Assembly: GCA_964016885.1 (NCBI GenBank)
Contig: OZ024740.1
Location: 429,288,001 to 429,352,000, forward strand
Reading direction: 5' to 3'
Source: Eledone cirrhosa
Lineage: Eukaryota
DNA length: 64,000 nt
The notes under the pieces are model-generated. The model saw only the letters and a list, made by a program, of their open reading frames with translations, searched no databases and had not been told where the DNA came from. Of the stretch, positions 34,936-49,100 are shown piece by piece. Each line of letters starts with the position of its first letter. Position 1 is the first letter of the stretch. Position numbers and translations under genes: made by a program.

Positions 34936-35002
34936 TATTTTATCTGATGAGAACGTACTGTTGAAGATAGCTCAGTACCTCTGAAATATGTATAATAAGA
35001 TA
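34936..35002 (+). ncRNA. Type I hammerhead-like motif
   Basis: UAUUUUAU-CUGAUGA-gaacGUACUG..CAGUACcucu-GAAA-UAUGUA-UA-AUAAGAUA. The base of stem II is weak. Confidence 0.6.
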
Positions 35003-35140
35003 TACTTGATCACACGAATGTCTATTTTTGTTAATATTTTGAATTAATATTAATAACTCTGGAAAACCATTATTGTTGAGTGCTTCCAATCTATTGTAAA
35101 ACTCATTCTTTGATTTATTCATTGAACCTTGTTTAACCTT

Positions 35141-35232
<92 letters not shown>

Positions 35233-35494
35233 TATATAAATATAAATATAAATATTATACATATATATACACGAAAATCCCATTGCTGAATTCTACTGCG
35301 GGGGTGAATAGTTGACTTTCACTATTATAGGCTTTCTAATGAAGTGTAATAATCATTTAAGTATTGCATATGATTGAACAATATATGTTGTAGTCAGCAT
35401 ATGTAGACAATTATAATAGACACGGAAACATATGTTAAAGCAAATAAATTCCTAATCTCCTTCACGTCGGCGTTTTACTTTTCTTGGTGCAATA

Positions 35495-35563
<69 letters not shown>

Positions 35564-35566
35564 TAA

Positions 35567-35610
<44 letters not shown>

Positions 35611-35691
35611 ACACTACTGCTCAGAAATACAATTTTAATGGTTTAACATGAATGGATTTACTTATTCCCTTTGTTTTTGTTATCTTTACCG

Positions 35692-35717
35692 TTACTACTA
35701 CTACTACTACTACTACA

Positions 35718-35783
<66 letters not shown>

Positions 35784-37184
35784 GCTACTACTGCTACTGC
35801 CACCACTATAACTGCTGCTGTTGCTGCTGCCACTGCTACTCCTACTGCTAACACCACCACATCCACTACCGGTACTACCACTATTACCACTACCACCACA
35901 ACTACTACCACCACGACAACCACCACCCCATCTACCACTAACAGCACTACCACTACTACTACCACTACCACCACTGCGACTAATACTACCACCACTACCA
36001 CCAACACCACCACCACTACTAGTAACACCACTACTACCAATACTACCACCACCACCACTACTACTACTAACACCACAACCACCAACACTACTACCACCAC
36101 TACCAGCACTACTACTACCACCACCACTACCACCTCCACCACAGCCAACAACACCACCACTACTACCACCACTACCAGCACTACTAATGCCACCACCACC
36201 ACTACCACCACTAACACAACCACCACTGCCCCCACAACCTCCACCACTATCACCACCACCACCACTACCACTACCACTACTACCACCACCACTACCACCA
36301 CTACTACTACCACCACCACCACTGCCATTACCACCACTACCACCAACACTACCACCACCACCACCACTACCACCACCACTACTACCACCACCACCACTAC
36401 CACCCCCACCACTACCACCACCACCACCACTACCACTACTACAACCAACACTACCACCACCACTACCACCACTAATACTACCACCACTACCACCACAACT
36501 ACCACCACCACTACTAACACCGCCACTACTACCACCACTACTACCACCACCACTACCACTACTACCACCACGAGCACCACCACTACCACCTCTACCACTA
36601 CCATCACTACCACTACCACTACCACCACTATCACCACCACTACCACCACCACCACTGCCACCACCACTACCACCACCACCACTACCACCACCACTACCAC
36701 CACCAGCACTATCACCACCACTACCACCACCACCACTGCCACCACCACTACCACCACCACTACCACCACCACTACCACCACCACCACTACCACCCCCACC
36801 ACTACCACCACCGCCAACACTACCACTACTACAATCAACACTACCACCACCACTACCACCACTAATACTACCACCACTACCACCACAACTACCACCACCA
36901 CTACTAACACCACCACTACTACCACCACTACTACCACCACCACTACCACTACTACCACCACGAGCACCACCACTACCACTTCTACCACTACCATCACTAC
37001 CACTACCACTACCACCACTATCACCACCACTACCACCACCACCACTGCCACCACCACTACCACCACCACCACTACCACCACCACTACCACCACCACCACT
37101 ATCACCACCACTACCACCACTACCACCGCCACTACCACCACCACCACTACCACCACCACCACCACTACCACCACCACCACCACT
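35692..37184. repeat. (ACT/ACC)n compound trinucleotide array with an internal ~390-bp duplication
   Basis: Seen directly. Marker CGAGCACCAC occurs at 36571 and 36961. Confidence 0.93.
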
Positions 37185-40100
37185 AGTTGTAACTTCCTAA
37201 CACTAATATGTCAGTCATTGATTTAACTGTTAGTTCCAACTTCCTAACACTAATATGTCAGTCATTGATTTAACTGTTAGTTGTAACTTACTAACACTAA
37301 TATGTCAGTGATTGATTTAACTGTTAATTCTAACTTCCTAACACTAATATGTCAGACATTGATTTAACTGTTAGTTCTAACTTCCTAACACTAATATGTC
37401 AGTCATTGATTTAACTGTTAGTTCTAACTTCCTAACACTAATATGTCAGTCATTGATTTAACTGTTAGTTCTAACTTCCTAACACTAATATGTCAGTCAT
37501 TGATTTAACTGTTAGTTCTAACTTCCTAACACTAATATGTCAGCCATTGATTTAACTGTTAGTTGTAACTTCCTAACACTAATATGTCAGCCATTGATTT
37601 AACTGTTAGTTGTAACTTCCCAACACTAATATGTCAGTCATTGATTTAACTTTTGTAACTTCCTAACACTAATATGTCAGTCATTGATTTAACTGTTAGT
37701 TGTAACTTCCTAACACTAATATGTCAGTCATTGATTTAACTGTTGTAACTTCCTAACACTAATATGTCAGTCATTGATTTAACTGTTAGTTCTAACTTCC
37801 TAACACTAATATGTCAGCCATTGATTTAACTGTTAGTTGTAACTTCCTAACACTAATATGTCAGCCATTGATTTAACTGTTAGTTGTAACTTCCCAACAC
37901 TAATATGTCAGTCATTGATTTAACTTTTGTAACTTCCTAACACTAATATGTCAGTCATTGATTTAACTGTTAGTTGTAACTTCCTAACACTAATATGTCA
38001 GTCATTGATTTAACTGTTAGTTGTAACTTCCTAACACTAATATGTCAGTCATTGATTTAACTGTTAGTTCTAACTTCCTAACACTAATATGTCAGTCATT
38101 GATTTAACTGTTAGTTGTAACTTCCTAACACTAATATGTCAGTCATTGATTTAACTGTTAGTTCTAACTTCCTAACACTAATATGTCAGTCATTGATTTA
38201 ACTGTTAGTTCTAACTTCCCAACACTAATATGTCAGTCATTGATTTAACTGTTAGTTGTAACTTCCTAAAACTAATATGTCAGTCATTGATTTAACTGTT
38301 AGTTGTAACTTCCTAACACTAATATGTCAGTCATTGATTTAACTGTTAGTTCTAACTTCCTCACACTAATATGTCAGTCATTGATTTAACTGTTAGTTGT
38401 AACTTCCTAAAACTAATATGTCAGTCATTGATTTAACTGTTAGTTGTAACTTCCTAACACTAATATGTCAGTCATTGATTTAACTGTTAGTTCTAACTTC
38501 CTCACACTAATATGTCAGTCATTGATTTAACTGTTAGTTCTAACTTCCTAACACTAATATGTCAGTCATTGATTCAACTGTTAGTTCTAACTTCCTAACA
38601 CCAATATGTCAGTCATTGATTTAACTGTTAGTTCTAACTTCCTAACACTAATATGTCAGTCATTGATTTAACTGTTAGTTCTAACTTCCTAACACTAATA
38701 TGTCAGCCATTGATTTAACTGTTAGTTGTAACTTCCTAACACTAATATGTCAGCCATTGATTTAACTGTTAGTTGTAACTTCCCAACACTAATATGTCAG
38801 TCATTGATTTAACTGTTATTTCTAACTTCCTAACACTAATATGTCAGTCATTGATTTAACTGTTAGTTGTAACTTCCTAACACTAATATGTCAGTCATTG
38901 ATTTAACTGTTAGTTCTAACTTCCTAACACTAATATGTCAGTCATTGATTTAACTGTTAGTTGTAACTTCCTAACACTAATATGTCAGTCATTGATTTAA
39001 CTGTTAGTTCTAACTTCCTAACACTAATATGTCAGCCATTGATTTAACTGTTAGTTCTAACTTCCTAACACTAATATGTCAGTCATTGATTTAACTGTTA
39101 GTTCTAACTTCCTAACACTAATATGTCAGTCATTGATTTAACTGTTAGTTCTAACTTCCTAACACTAATATGTCAGCCATTGATTTAACTGTTAGTTCTA
39201 ACTTCCTAACACTAATATGTCAGTCATTGATTTAACTGTTAGTTGTAACTTCCTAACACTAATATGACAGCCATTGATTTAACTGTTAGTTGTAACTTCC
39301 CAACACTAATATGTCAGTCATTGATTTAACTTTTGTAACTTCCTAACACTAATATGTCAGTCATTGATTTAACTGTTAGTTGTAACTTCCTAACACTAAT
39401 ATGTCAGTCATTGATTTAACTGTTGTAACTTCCTAACACTAATATGTCAGTCATTGATTTAACTGTTAGTTCTAACTTCCTAACACTAATATGTCAGCAA
39501 TTGATTTAACTGTTAGTTCTAACTTCCTAACACTAATATGTCAGTCATTGATTTAACTGTTAATTGTAACTTCCTAACACTAATATGTCAGTCATTGATT
39601 TAACTGTTAGTTGTAACTTCCTAACACTAATATGTCAGTCATTGATTTAACTGTTAGTTGTAACTTCCTAACACTAATATGTCAGTCATTGATTTAACTG
39701 TTAGTTCTAACTTCCTAACACTAATATGTCAGTTATTGATTTAACTGTTAGTTGTAACTTCCTAACACTCATATGTCAGTCATTGATTTAACTGTTAGTT
39801 CTAACTTCCTAACACTAATATGTCAGTCATTGATTTAACTGTTAGTTCTAACTTCCCAACACTAATATGTCAGTCATTGATTTAACTGTTAGTTGTAACT
39901 TCCTAAAACTAATATGTCAGTCATTGATTTAACTGTTAGTTGTAACTTCCTAACACTAATATGTCAGTCATTGATTTAACTGTTAGTTCTAACTTCCTCA
40001 CACTAATATGTCAGTCATTGATTTAACTGTTAGTTCTAACTTCCTAACACTAATATGTCAGTCATTGATTCAACTGTTAGTTCTAACTTCCTAACACCAA

Positions 40101-43100
40101 TATGTCAGCCATTGATTTAACTGTTAGTTGTAACTTCCTAACACTAATATGTCAGTCATTGATTTAACTGTTAGTTCTAACTTCCTAACACTAATATGTC
40201 AGTCATTGATTTAACTGTTAGTTCTAACTTCCTAACACTAATATGTCAGCCATTGATTTAACTGTTAGTTGTAACTTCCTAACACTAATATGTCAGCCAT
40301 TGATTTAACTGTTAGTTGTAACTTCCCAACACTAATATGTCAGTCATTGATTTAACTGTTATTTCTAACTTCCTAACACTAATATGTCAGTCATTGATTT
40401 AACTGTTAGTTGTAACTTCCTAACACTAATATGTCAGTCATTGATTTAACTGTTAGTTCTAACTTCCTAACACTAATATGTCAGTCATTGATTTAACTGT
40501 TAGTTGTAACTTCCTAACACTAATATGTCAGCCATTGATTTAACTGTTAGTTCTAACTTCCTAACACTAATATGTCAGTCATTGATTTAACTGTTAGTTC
40601 TAACTTCCTAACACTAATATGTCAGTCATTGATTTCACTGTTAGTTCTAAATTCCTAACACTAATATGTCAGCCATTGATTTAACTGTTAGTTGTAACTT
40701 CCCAACACTAATATGTCAGTCAATGATTTAACTTTTGTAACTTCCTAACACTAATATGTCAGTCATTGATTTAACTGTTAGTTGTAACTTCCTAACACTA
40801 ATATGTCAGTCATTGATTTAACTGTTAATTGTAACTTGCTAACACTAATATGTCAGTCATTCATTTAACTGTTAGTTGTAACTTCCTAACACTAATATGT
40901 CAGTCATTGATTTAACTGTTAGTTGTAACTTCCTAACACTAATATGTCAGTCATTGATTTAACTGTTAGTTCTAACTTCCTAACACTAATATGTCAGTCA
41001 TTGATTTAACTGTTAGTTGTAACTTCCTAACACTAATATGTCAGTCATTGATTTAACTGTTAGTTCTAACTTCCTAACACTAATATGTCAGTCATTGATT
41101 TAACTGTTAGTTCTAACTTCCCAACACTAATATGTCAGTCATTGATTTAACTGTTAGTTGTAACTTCCTAAAACTAATATGTCAGTCATTGATTTAACTG
41201 TTAGTTGTAACTTCCTAACACTAATATGTCAGTCATTGATTTAACTGTTAGTTCTAACTTCCTCACACTAATATGTCAGTCATTGATTTAACTGTTAGTT
41301 CTAACTTCCTAACACTAATATGTCAGTCATTGATTCAACTGTTAGTTCTAACTTCCTAACACTAATATGTCAGTCATTGATTTAACTGTTAGTTGTAACT
41401 TCCTAACACTAATATGTCAGTCATTGATTTAACTGTTAGTTCTAACTTCCTAACACTAATATGTCAGTCATTGATTTAACTGTTAGTTGTAACTTCCTAA
41501 CACTAATATGTCAGTCATTGATTTAACTGTTAGTTGTAACTTCCTAACACTAATATGTCAGCCATTGATTTAACTGTTAGTTCTAACTTCCTAACACTAA
41601 TATGTCAGTCATTGATTTAACTGTTAGTTGTAACTTCCTAACACTAATATGTCAGTCATTGATTTAACTGTTAGTTGTAACTTCCTAACACTAATATGTC
41701 AGTCATTGATTTAACTGTTAGTTCTAACTTCCTAACACTAATATGTCAGTCATTGATTTAACTGTTAGTTGTAACTTCCTAACACTAATATGTCAGTCAT
41801 TGATTTAACTGTTAGATGTAACTACCTAACACTAATATGTCAGCCATTGATTTAACTGTTAGTTGTAACTTCCTAACACTAATATGTCAGCCATTGATTT
41901 AACTGTTAGTTGTAACTTCCTAACACTAATATGTCAGTCATTGATTTATCTGTTAGTTCTAACTTCGTAACACTAATATGTCAGTCATTGATTTAACTGT
42001 TAGTTGTAACTTCCTAACACTAATATGTCAGTCATTGATTTAACTGTTAGTTCCAACTTCCTAACACTAATATGTCAGTCATTGATTTAACTGTTAGTTG
42101 TAACTTCCTAACACTAATATGTCAGTCATTGATTTAACTGTTAGGTCTAACTTCCTAACACTAATATGTCAGTCATTGATTTAACTATTAGTTCTAACTT
42201 CCTAACACTAATATGTCAGTCATTGATTTAACTGTTAGTTCTAACTTCCTAACACTAATATGTCAGCCATTGATTTAACTGTTAGTTCTAACTTCCTGAC
42301 ACTAATATGTCAGTCATTGATTTAACTGTTAGTTCTAACTTCCTAACACTAATATGTCAGTCATTGATTTAACTGTTAGTTCTAACTTCCTAACACTAAA
42401 AATGTCAGCCATTGATTTAACTGTTAGTTGTAACTTCCTAACACTAATATGTCAGCCATTGATTTAACTTTTGTAACTTCCTAACACTAATATGTCAGTC
42501 ATTGATTTAACTGTTAGTTGTAACTTCCTAACACTAATATGTCAGTCATTGATTTAACTGTTGTAACTTCCTAACACTATTATGTCAGTCATTGATTTAA
42601 CTGTTAGTTCTAACTTCCTAACACTAATATGTCAGCCATTGATTTAACTGTTAGTTCTAACTTCCTAACACTAATATGTCAGTCATTGATTTAACTGTTA
42701 GTTGTAACTTCCTAACACTAATATGTCAGTCATTGATTTAACTGTTAGTTGTAACTTCCTAACACTAATATGTCAGTCATTGATTTAACTGTTAGTTGTA
42801 ACTTCCTAACACTAATATGTCAGTCATTGATTTAACTGTTAGTTGTAACTTCCTAACACTAATATGTCAGTCATTGATTTAACTGTTAGTTCTAACTTCC
42901 TCACACTAATATGTCAGTCATTGATTTAACTGTTAGTTCTAACTTCCTTACACTAATATGTCAGTCATTGATTTAACTGTTAGTTCTAACTTCCTAACAC
43001 TAATATGTCAGCCATTGATTTAACTGTTAGTTCTAACTTCCTAACACTAATATGTCAGTCATTGATTTAACTGTTAGTTCTAACTTCCAACACTAATATG

Positions 43101-46100
43101 TCAGTCATTGATTTAACTGTTAGTTCTAACTTCCTAACACTAGTATGTCAGCCATTGATTTAACTGTTAGTTGTAACTTCCTAACACTAATATGTCAGCC
43201 ATTGATTTAACTGTTAGTTGTAACTTCCCAACACTAATATGTCAGTCATTGATTTAACTTTTGTAACTTCCTAACACTAATATGTCAGTCATTGATTTAA
43301 CTGTTAGTTGTAACTTCCTAACACTAATATGTCAGTCATTGATTTAACTGTTAGTTCTAACTTCCTAACACTAATATGTCAGTCATTGATTTAACTGTTA
43401 GTTGTAACTTCTCAACACTAATATGTCAGTCATTGATTTAACTTTTGTAACTTCCTAACACTAATATGTCAGTCATTGATTTAACTGTTAGTTGTAACTT
43501 CCTAACACTAATATGTGAGTCATTGATTTAACTGTTAGATCTAACTTCCTAACACTAATATGTCAGTCATTGATTTAACTGTTAGATGTAACTACCTAAC
43601 ACTAATATATCAGCCATTGATTTAACTGTTAGTTGTAACTTCCTAACACTAATATGCCAGTCATTGATTTAACTGTTAGTTGTAACTTCCTAACACTAGT
43701 ATGTCAGTCATTGATTTAACTGTTAGTTGTAACTTCCTAACACTAATATGTCAGTCATTGATTTAACTGTTAGTTGTAACTTCCTAACACTAATATGTCA
43801 GTCATTGATTTAACTGTTAGTTGTAACTTCCTAACACTAATATGTCAGTCATTGATTTAACTGTTAGTTCCAACTTCCTAACACTAATATGTCAGTCATT
43901 GATTTAACTGTTAGTTGTAACTTCCTAACACTAATATGTCAGTCATTGATTTAACTGTTAGTTCTAACTTCCTAACACTAATATGTCAGTCATTGATTTA
44001 ACTGTTAGTTCTAACTTCCTAACACTAATATGTCAGTCATTGATTTAACTGTTAGTTCTAACTTCCTAACACTAATATGTCAGCCATTGATTTAACTGTT
44101 AGTTCTAACTTCCTAACACTAATGTGTCAGTCATTGATTTAACTGTTAGTTCTAACTTCCTAACACTAATATGTCAGTCATTGATTTAACTGTTAGTTCT
44201 AACTTCCTAACACTAATATGTCAGCCATTGATTTAACTGTTAGTTGTAACTTCCTAACACTAATATGTCAGCCATTGATTTAACTGTTAGTTGTAACTTC
44301 CCAACACTAATATGTCAGTCATTGATTTAACTTTTGTAACTTCCTAACACTAATATGTCAGTCATTGATTTAACTGTTAGTTGTAACTTCCTAACACTAA
44401 TATGTCAGTCATTGATTTAACTGTTGTAACTTCCTAACACTAATATGTCAGTCATTGATTTAACTGTTAGTTCTAACTTCCTAACACTAATATGTCAGCC
44501 ATTGATTTAACTGTTAGTTCTAACTTCCTAACACTAATATGTCAGTCATTGATTTAACTGTTAGTTGTAACTTCCTAACACTAATATGTCAGTCATTGAT
44601 TTAACTGTTACTTGTAACTTCCTAACACTAATATGTCAGTCATTGATTTAACTGTTAGTTCCAACTTCCTAACACTAATATGTCAGTCATTGATTTAACT
44701 GTTAGTTGTAACTTCCTAACACTAATATGTCAGTCATTGATTTAACTGTTAGTTCTAACTTCCTCACACTAATATGTCAGTCATTGATTTAACTGTTAGT
44801 TGTAACTTCCTAACACTAATATGTCAGTCATTGATTTAACTGTTAGTTGTAACTTCCTAACACTAATATGTCAATCATTGATTTAACTGTTAGTTCTAAC
44901 TTCCTAACTCTAATATGTCAGTCATTGATTTACCTGTTAGTTGTAACTTCCTAACACTAATATGTCAGTCATTGATTTAACTGTTAGTTCTAACTTCCTC
45001 ACACTAATATGTCAGTCATTGATTTAACTGTTAGTTCTAACTTCCTAACACTAATATGTCAGTCATTGATTCAACTGTTAGTTCTAACTTCCTAACACTA
45101 ATATGTCAGTCATTGATTTAACTGTTAGTTGTAACTTCCTAACACTAATATGTCAGTCATTGATTTAACTGTTAGTTCTAACTTCCTAACACTAATATGT
45201 CAGTCATTGATTTAACTGTTAGTTGTAACTTCCTAACACTAATATGTCAGTCATTGATTTAACTGTTAGTTGTAACTTCCTAACACTAATATGTCAGCCA
45301 TTGATTTAACTGTTAGTTCTAACTTCCTAACACTAATATGTCAGTCATTGATTTAACTGTTAGTTGTAACTTCCTAACACTAATATGTCAGTCATTGATT
45401 TAACTGTTAGTTGTAACTTCCTAACACTAATATGTCAGTCATTGATTTAACTGTTAGTTCTAACTTCCTAACACTAATATGTCAGTCATTGATTTAACTG
45501 TTAGTTGTAACTTCCTAACACTAATATGTCAGTCATTGATTTAACTGTTAGATGTAACTACCTAACACTAATATGTCAGCCATTGATTTAACTGTTAGTT
45601 GTAACTTCCTAACACTAATATGTCAGCCATTGATTTAACTGTTAGTTGTAACTTCCTAACACTAATATGTCAGTCATTGATTTATCTGTTAGTTCTAACT
45701 TCGTAACACTAATATGTCAGTCATTGATTTAACTGTTAGTTGTAACTTCCTAACACTAATATGTCAGTCATTGATTTAACTGTTAGTTCCAACTTCCTAA
45801 CACTAATATGTCAGTCATTGATTTAACTGTTAGTTGTAACTTCCTAACACTAATATGTCAGTCATTGATTTAACTGTTAGGTCTAACTTCCTAACACTAA
45901 TATGTCAGTCATTGATTTAACTATTAGTTCTAACTTCCTAACACTAATATGTCAGTCATTGATTTAACTGTTAGTTCTAACTTCCTAACACTAATATGTC
46001 AGCCATTGATTTAACTGTTAGTTCTAACTTCCTGACACTAATATGTCAGTCATTGATTTAACTGTTAGTTCTAACTTCCTAACACTAATATGTCAGTCAT

Positions 46101-49100
46101 TGATTTAACTGTTAGTTCTAACTTCCTAACACTAAAAATGTCAGCCATTGATTTAACTGTTAGTTGTAACTTCCTAACACTAATATGTCAGCCATTGATT
46201 TAACTTTTGTAACTTCCTAACACTAATATGTCAGTCATTGATTTAACTGTTAGTTGTAACTTCCTAACACTAATATGTCAGTCATTGATTTAACTGTTGT
46301 AACTTCCTAACACTATTATGTCAGTCATTGATTTAACTGTTAGTTCTAACTTCCTAACACTAATATGTCAGCCATTGATTTAACTGTTAGTTCTAACTTC
46401 CTAACACTAATATGTCAGTCATTGATTTAACTGTTAGTTGTAACTTCCTAACACTAATATGTCAGTCATTGATTTAACTGTTAGTTGTAACTTCCTAACA
46501 CTAATATGTCAGTCATTGATTTAACTGTTAGTTGTAACTTCCTAACACTAATATGTCAGTCATTGATTTAACTGTTAGTTGTAACTTCCTAACACTAATA
46601 TGTCAGTCATTGATTTAACTGTTAGTTCTAACTTCCTCACACTAATATGTCAGTCATTGATTTAACTGTTAGTTCTAACTTCCTTACACTAATATGTCAG
46701 TCATTGATTTAACTGTTAGTTCTAACTTCCTAACACTAATATGTCAGCCATTGATTTAACTGTTAGTTCTAACTTCCTAACACTAATATGTCAGTCATTG
46801 ATTTAACTGTTAGTTCTAACTTCCAACACTAATATGTCAGTCATTGATTTAACTGTTAGTTCTAACTTCCTAACACTAGTATGTCAGCCATTGATTTAAC
46901 TGTTAGTTGTAACTTCCTAACACTAATATGTCAGCCATTGATTTAACTGTTAGTTGTAACTTCCCAACACTAATATGTCAGTCATTGATTTAACTTTTGT
47001 AACTTCCTAACACTAATATGTCAGTCATTGATTTAACTGTTAGTTGTAACTTCCTAACACTAATATGTCAGTCATTGATTTAACTGTTAGTTCTAACTTC
47101 CTAACACTAATATGTCAGTCATTGATTTAACTGTTAGTTGTAACTTCTCAACACTAATATGTCAGTCATTGATTTAACTTTTGTAACTTCCTAACACTAA
47201 TATGTCAGTCATTGATTTAACTGTTAGTTGTAACTTCCTAACACTAATATGTGAGTCATTGATTTAACTGTTAGATCTAACTTCCTAACACTAATATGTC
47301 AGTCATTGATTTAACTGTTAGATGTAACTACCTAACACTAATATATCAGCCATTGATTTAACTGTTAGTTGTAACTTCCTAACACTAGTATGTCAGTCAT
47401 TGATTTAACTGTTAGTTGTAACTTCCTAACACTAATATGTCAGTCATTGATTTAACTGTTAGTTGTAACTTCCTAACACTAATATGTCAGTCATTGATTT
47501 AACTGTTAGTTGTAACTTCCTAACACTAATATGTCAGTCATTGATTTAACTGTTAGTTCCAACTTCCTAACACTAATATGTCAGTCATTGATTTAACTGT
47601 TAGTTGTAACTTCCTAACACTAATATGTCAGTCATTGATTTAACTGTTAGTTCTAACTTCCTAACACTAATATGTCAGTCATTGATTTAACTGTTAGTTC
47701 TAACTTCCTAACACTAATATGTCAGTCATTGATTTAACTGTTAGTTCTAACTTCCTAACACTAATATGTCAGCCATTGATTTAACTGTTAGTTCTAACTT
47801 CCTAACACTAATGTGTCAGTCATTGATTTAACTGTTAGTTCTAACTTCCTAACACTAATATGTCAGTCATTGATTTAACTGTTAGTTCTAACTTCCTAAC
47901 ACTAATATGTCAGCCATTGATTTAACTGTTAGTTGTAACTTCCTAACACTAATATGTCAGCCATTGATTTAACTGTTAGTTGTAACTTCCCAACACTAAT
48001 ATGTCAGTCATTGATTTAACTTTTGTAACTTCCTAACACTAATATGTCAGTCATTGATTTAACTGTTAGTTGTAACTTCCTAACACTAATATGTCAGTCA
48101 TTGATTTAACTGTTGTAACTTCCTAACACTAATATGTCAGTCATTGATTTAACTGTTAGTTCTAACTTCCTAACACTAATATGTCAGCCATTGATTTAAC
48201 TGTTAGTTCTAACTTCCTAACACTAATATGTCAGTCATTGATTTAACTGTTAGTTGTAACTTCCTAACACTAATATGTCAGTCATTGATTTAACTGTTAC
48301 TTGTAACTTCCTAACACTAATATGTCAGTCATTGATTTAACTGTTAGTTCCAACTTCCTAACACTAATATGTCAGTCATTGATTTAACTGTTAGTTGTAA
48401 CTTCCTAACACTAATATGTCAGTCATTGATTTAACTGTTAGTTCTAACTTCCTCACACTAATATGTCAGTCATTGATTTAACTGTTAGTTGTAACTTCCT
48501 AACACTAATATGTCAGTCATTGATTTAACTGTTAGTTGTAACTTCCTAACACTAATATGTCAATCATTGATTTAACTGTTAGTTCTAACTTCCTAACTCT
48601 AATATGTCAGTCATTGATTTACCTGTTAGTTGTAACTTCCTAACACTAATATGTCAGTCATTGATTTAACTGTTAGTTGTAACTTCCTAACACTAATATG
48701 TCAGTCATTGATTTAACTGTTAGTTGTAACTTCCTAACACTAATATGTCAGTCATTGATTTAACTGTTAGTTGTAACTTCCTAACACTAATATGTCAGTC
48801 ATTGATTAAACTGTTAGTTGTAACTTCCTAACACTAATATGTCAGTCATTGATTTAACTGTTAGTTGTAACTTCCTAACACTAATATGTCAGTCATTGAT
48901 TTAACTGTTAGTTCTAACTTCCTAACACTAATATGTCAGTCATTGATTTAACTGTTAGTTGCAACTTCCTAACACTAATATGTCAGTCATTGATTTAACT
49001 GTTAGTTCTAACTTCCTAACACTAATATGTCAGTCATTGATTTAACTGTTAGTTCTAACTTCCTAACACTAATATGTCAGCCATTTATTTAACTGTTAGT

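Noticed and set aside
35621-37226. Mucin-like poly-Thr ORF (524 aa) and poly-Val/Pro ORFs
   Set aside because: The trinucleotide array is open in several frames on both strands, with no supporting exons nearby. A mucin exon cannot be fully excluded without RNA data.
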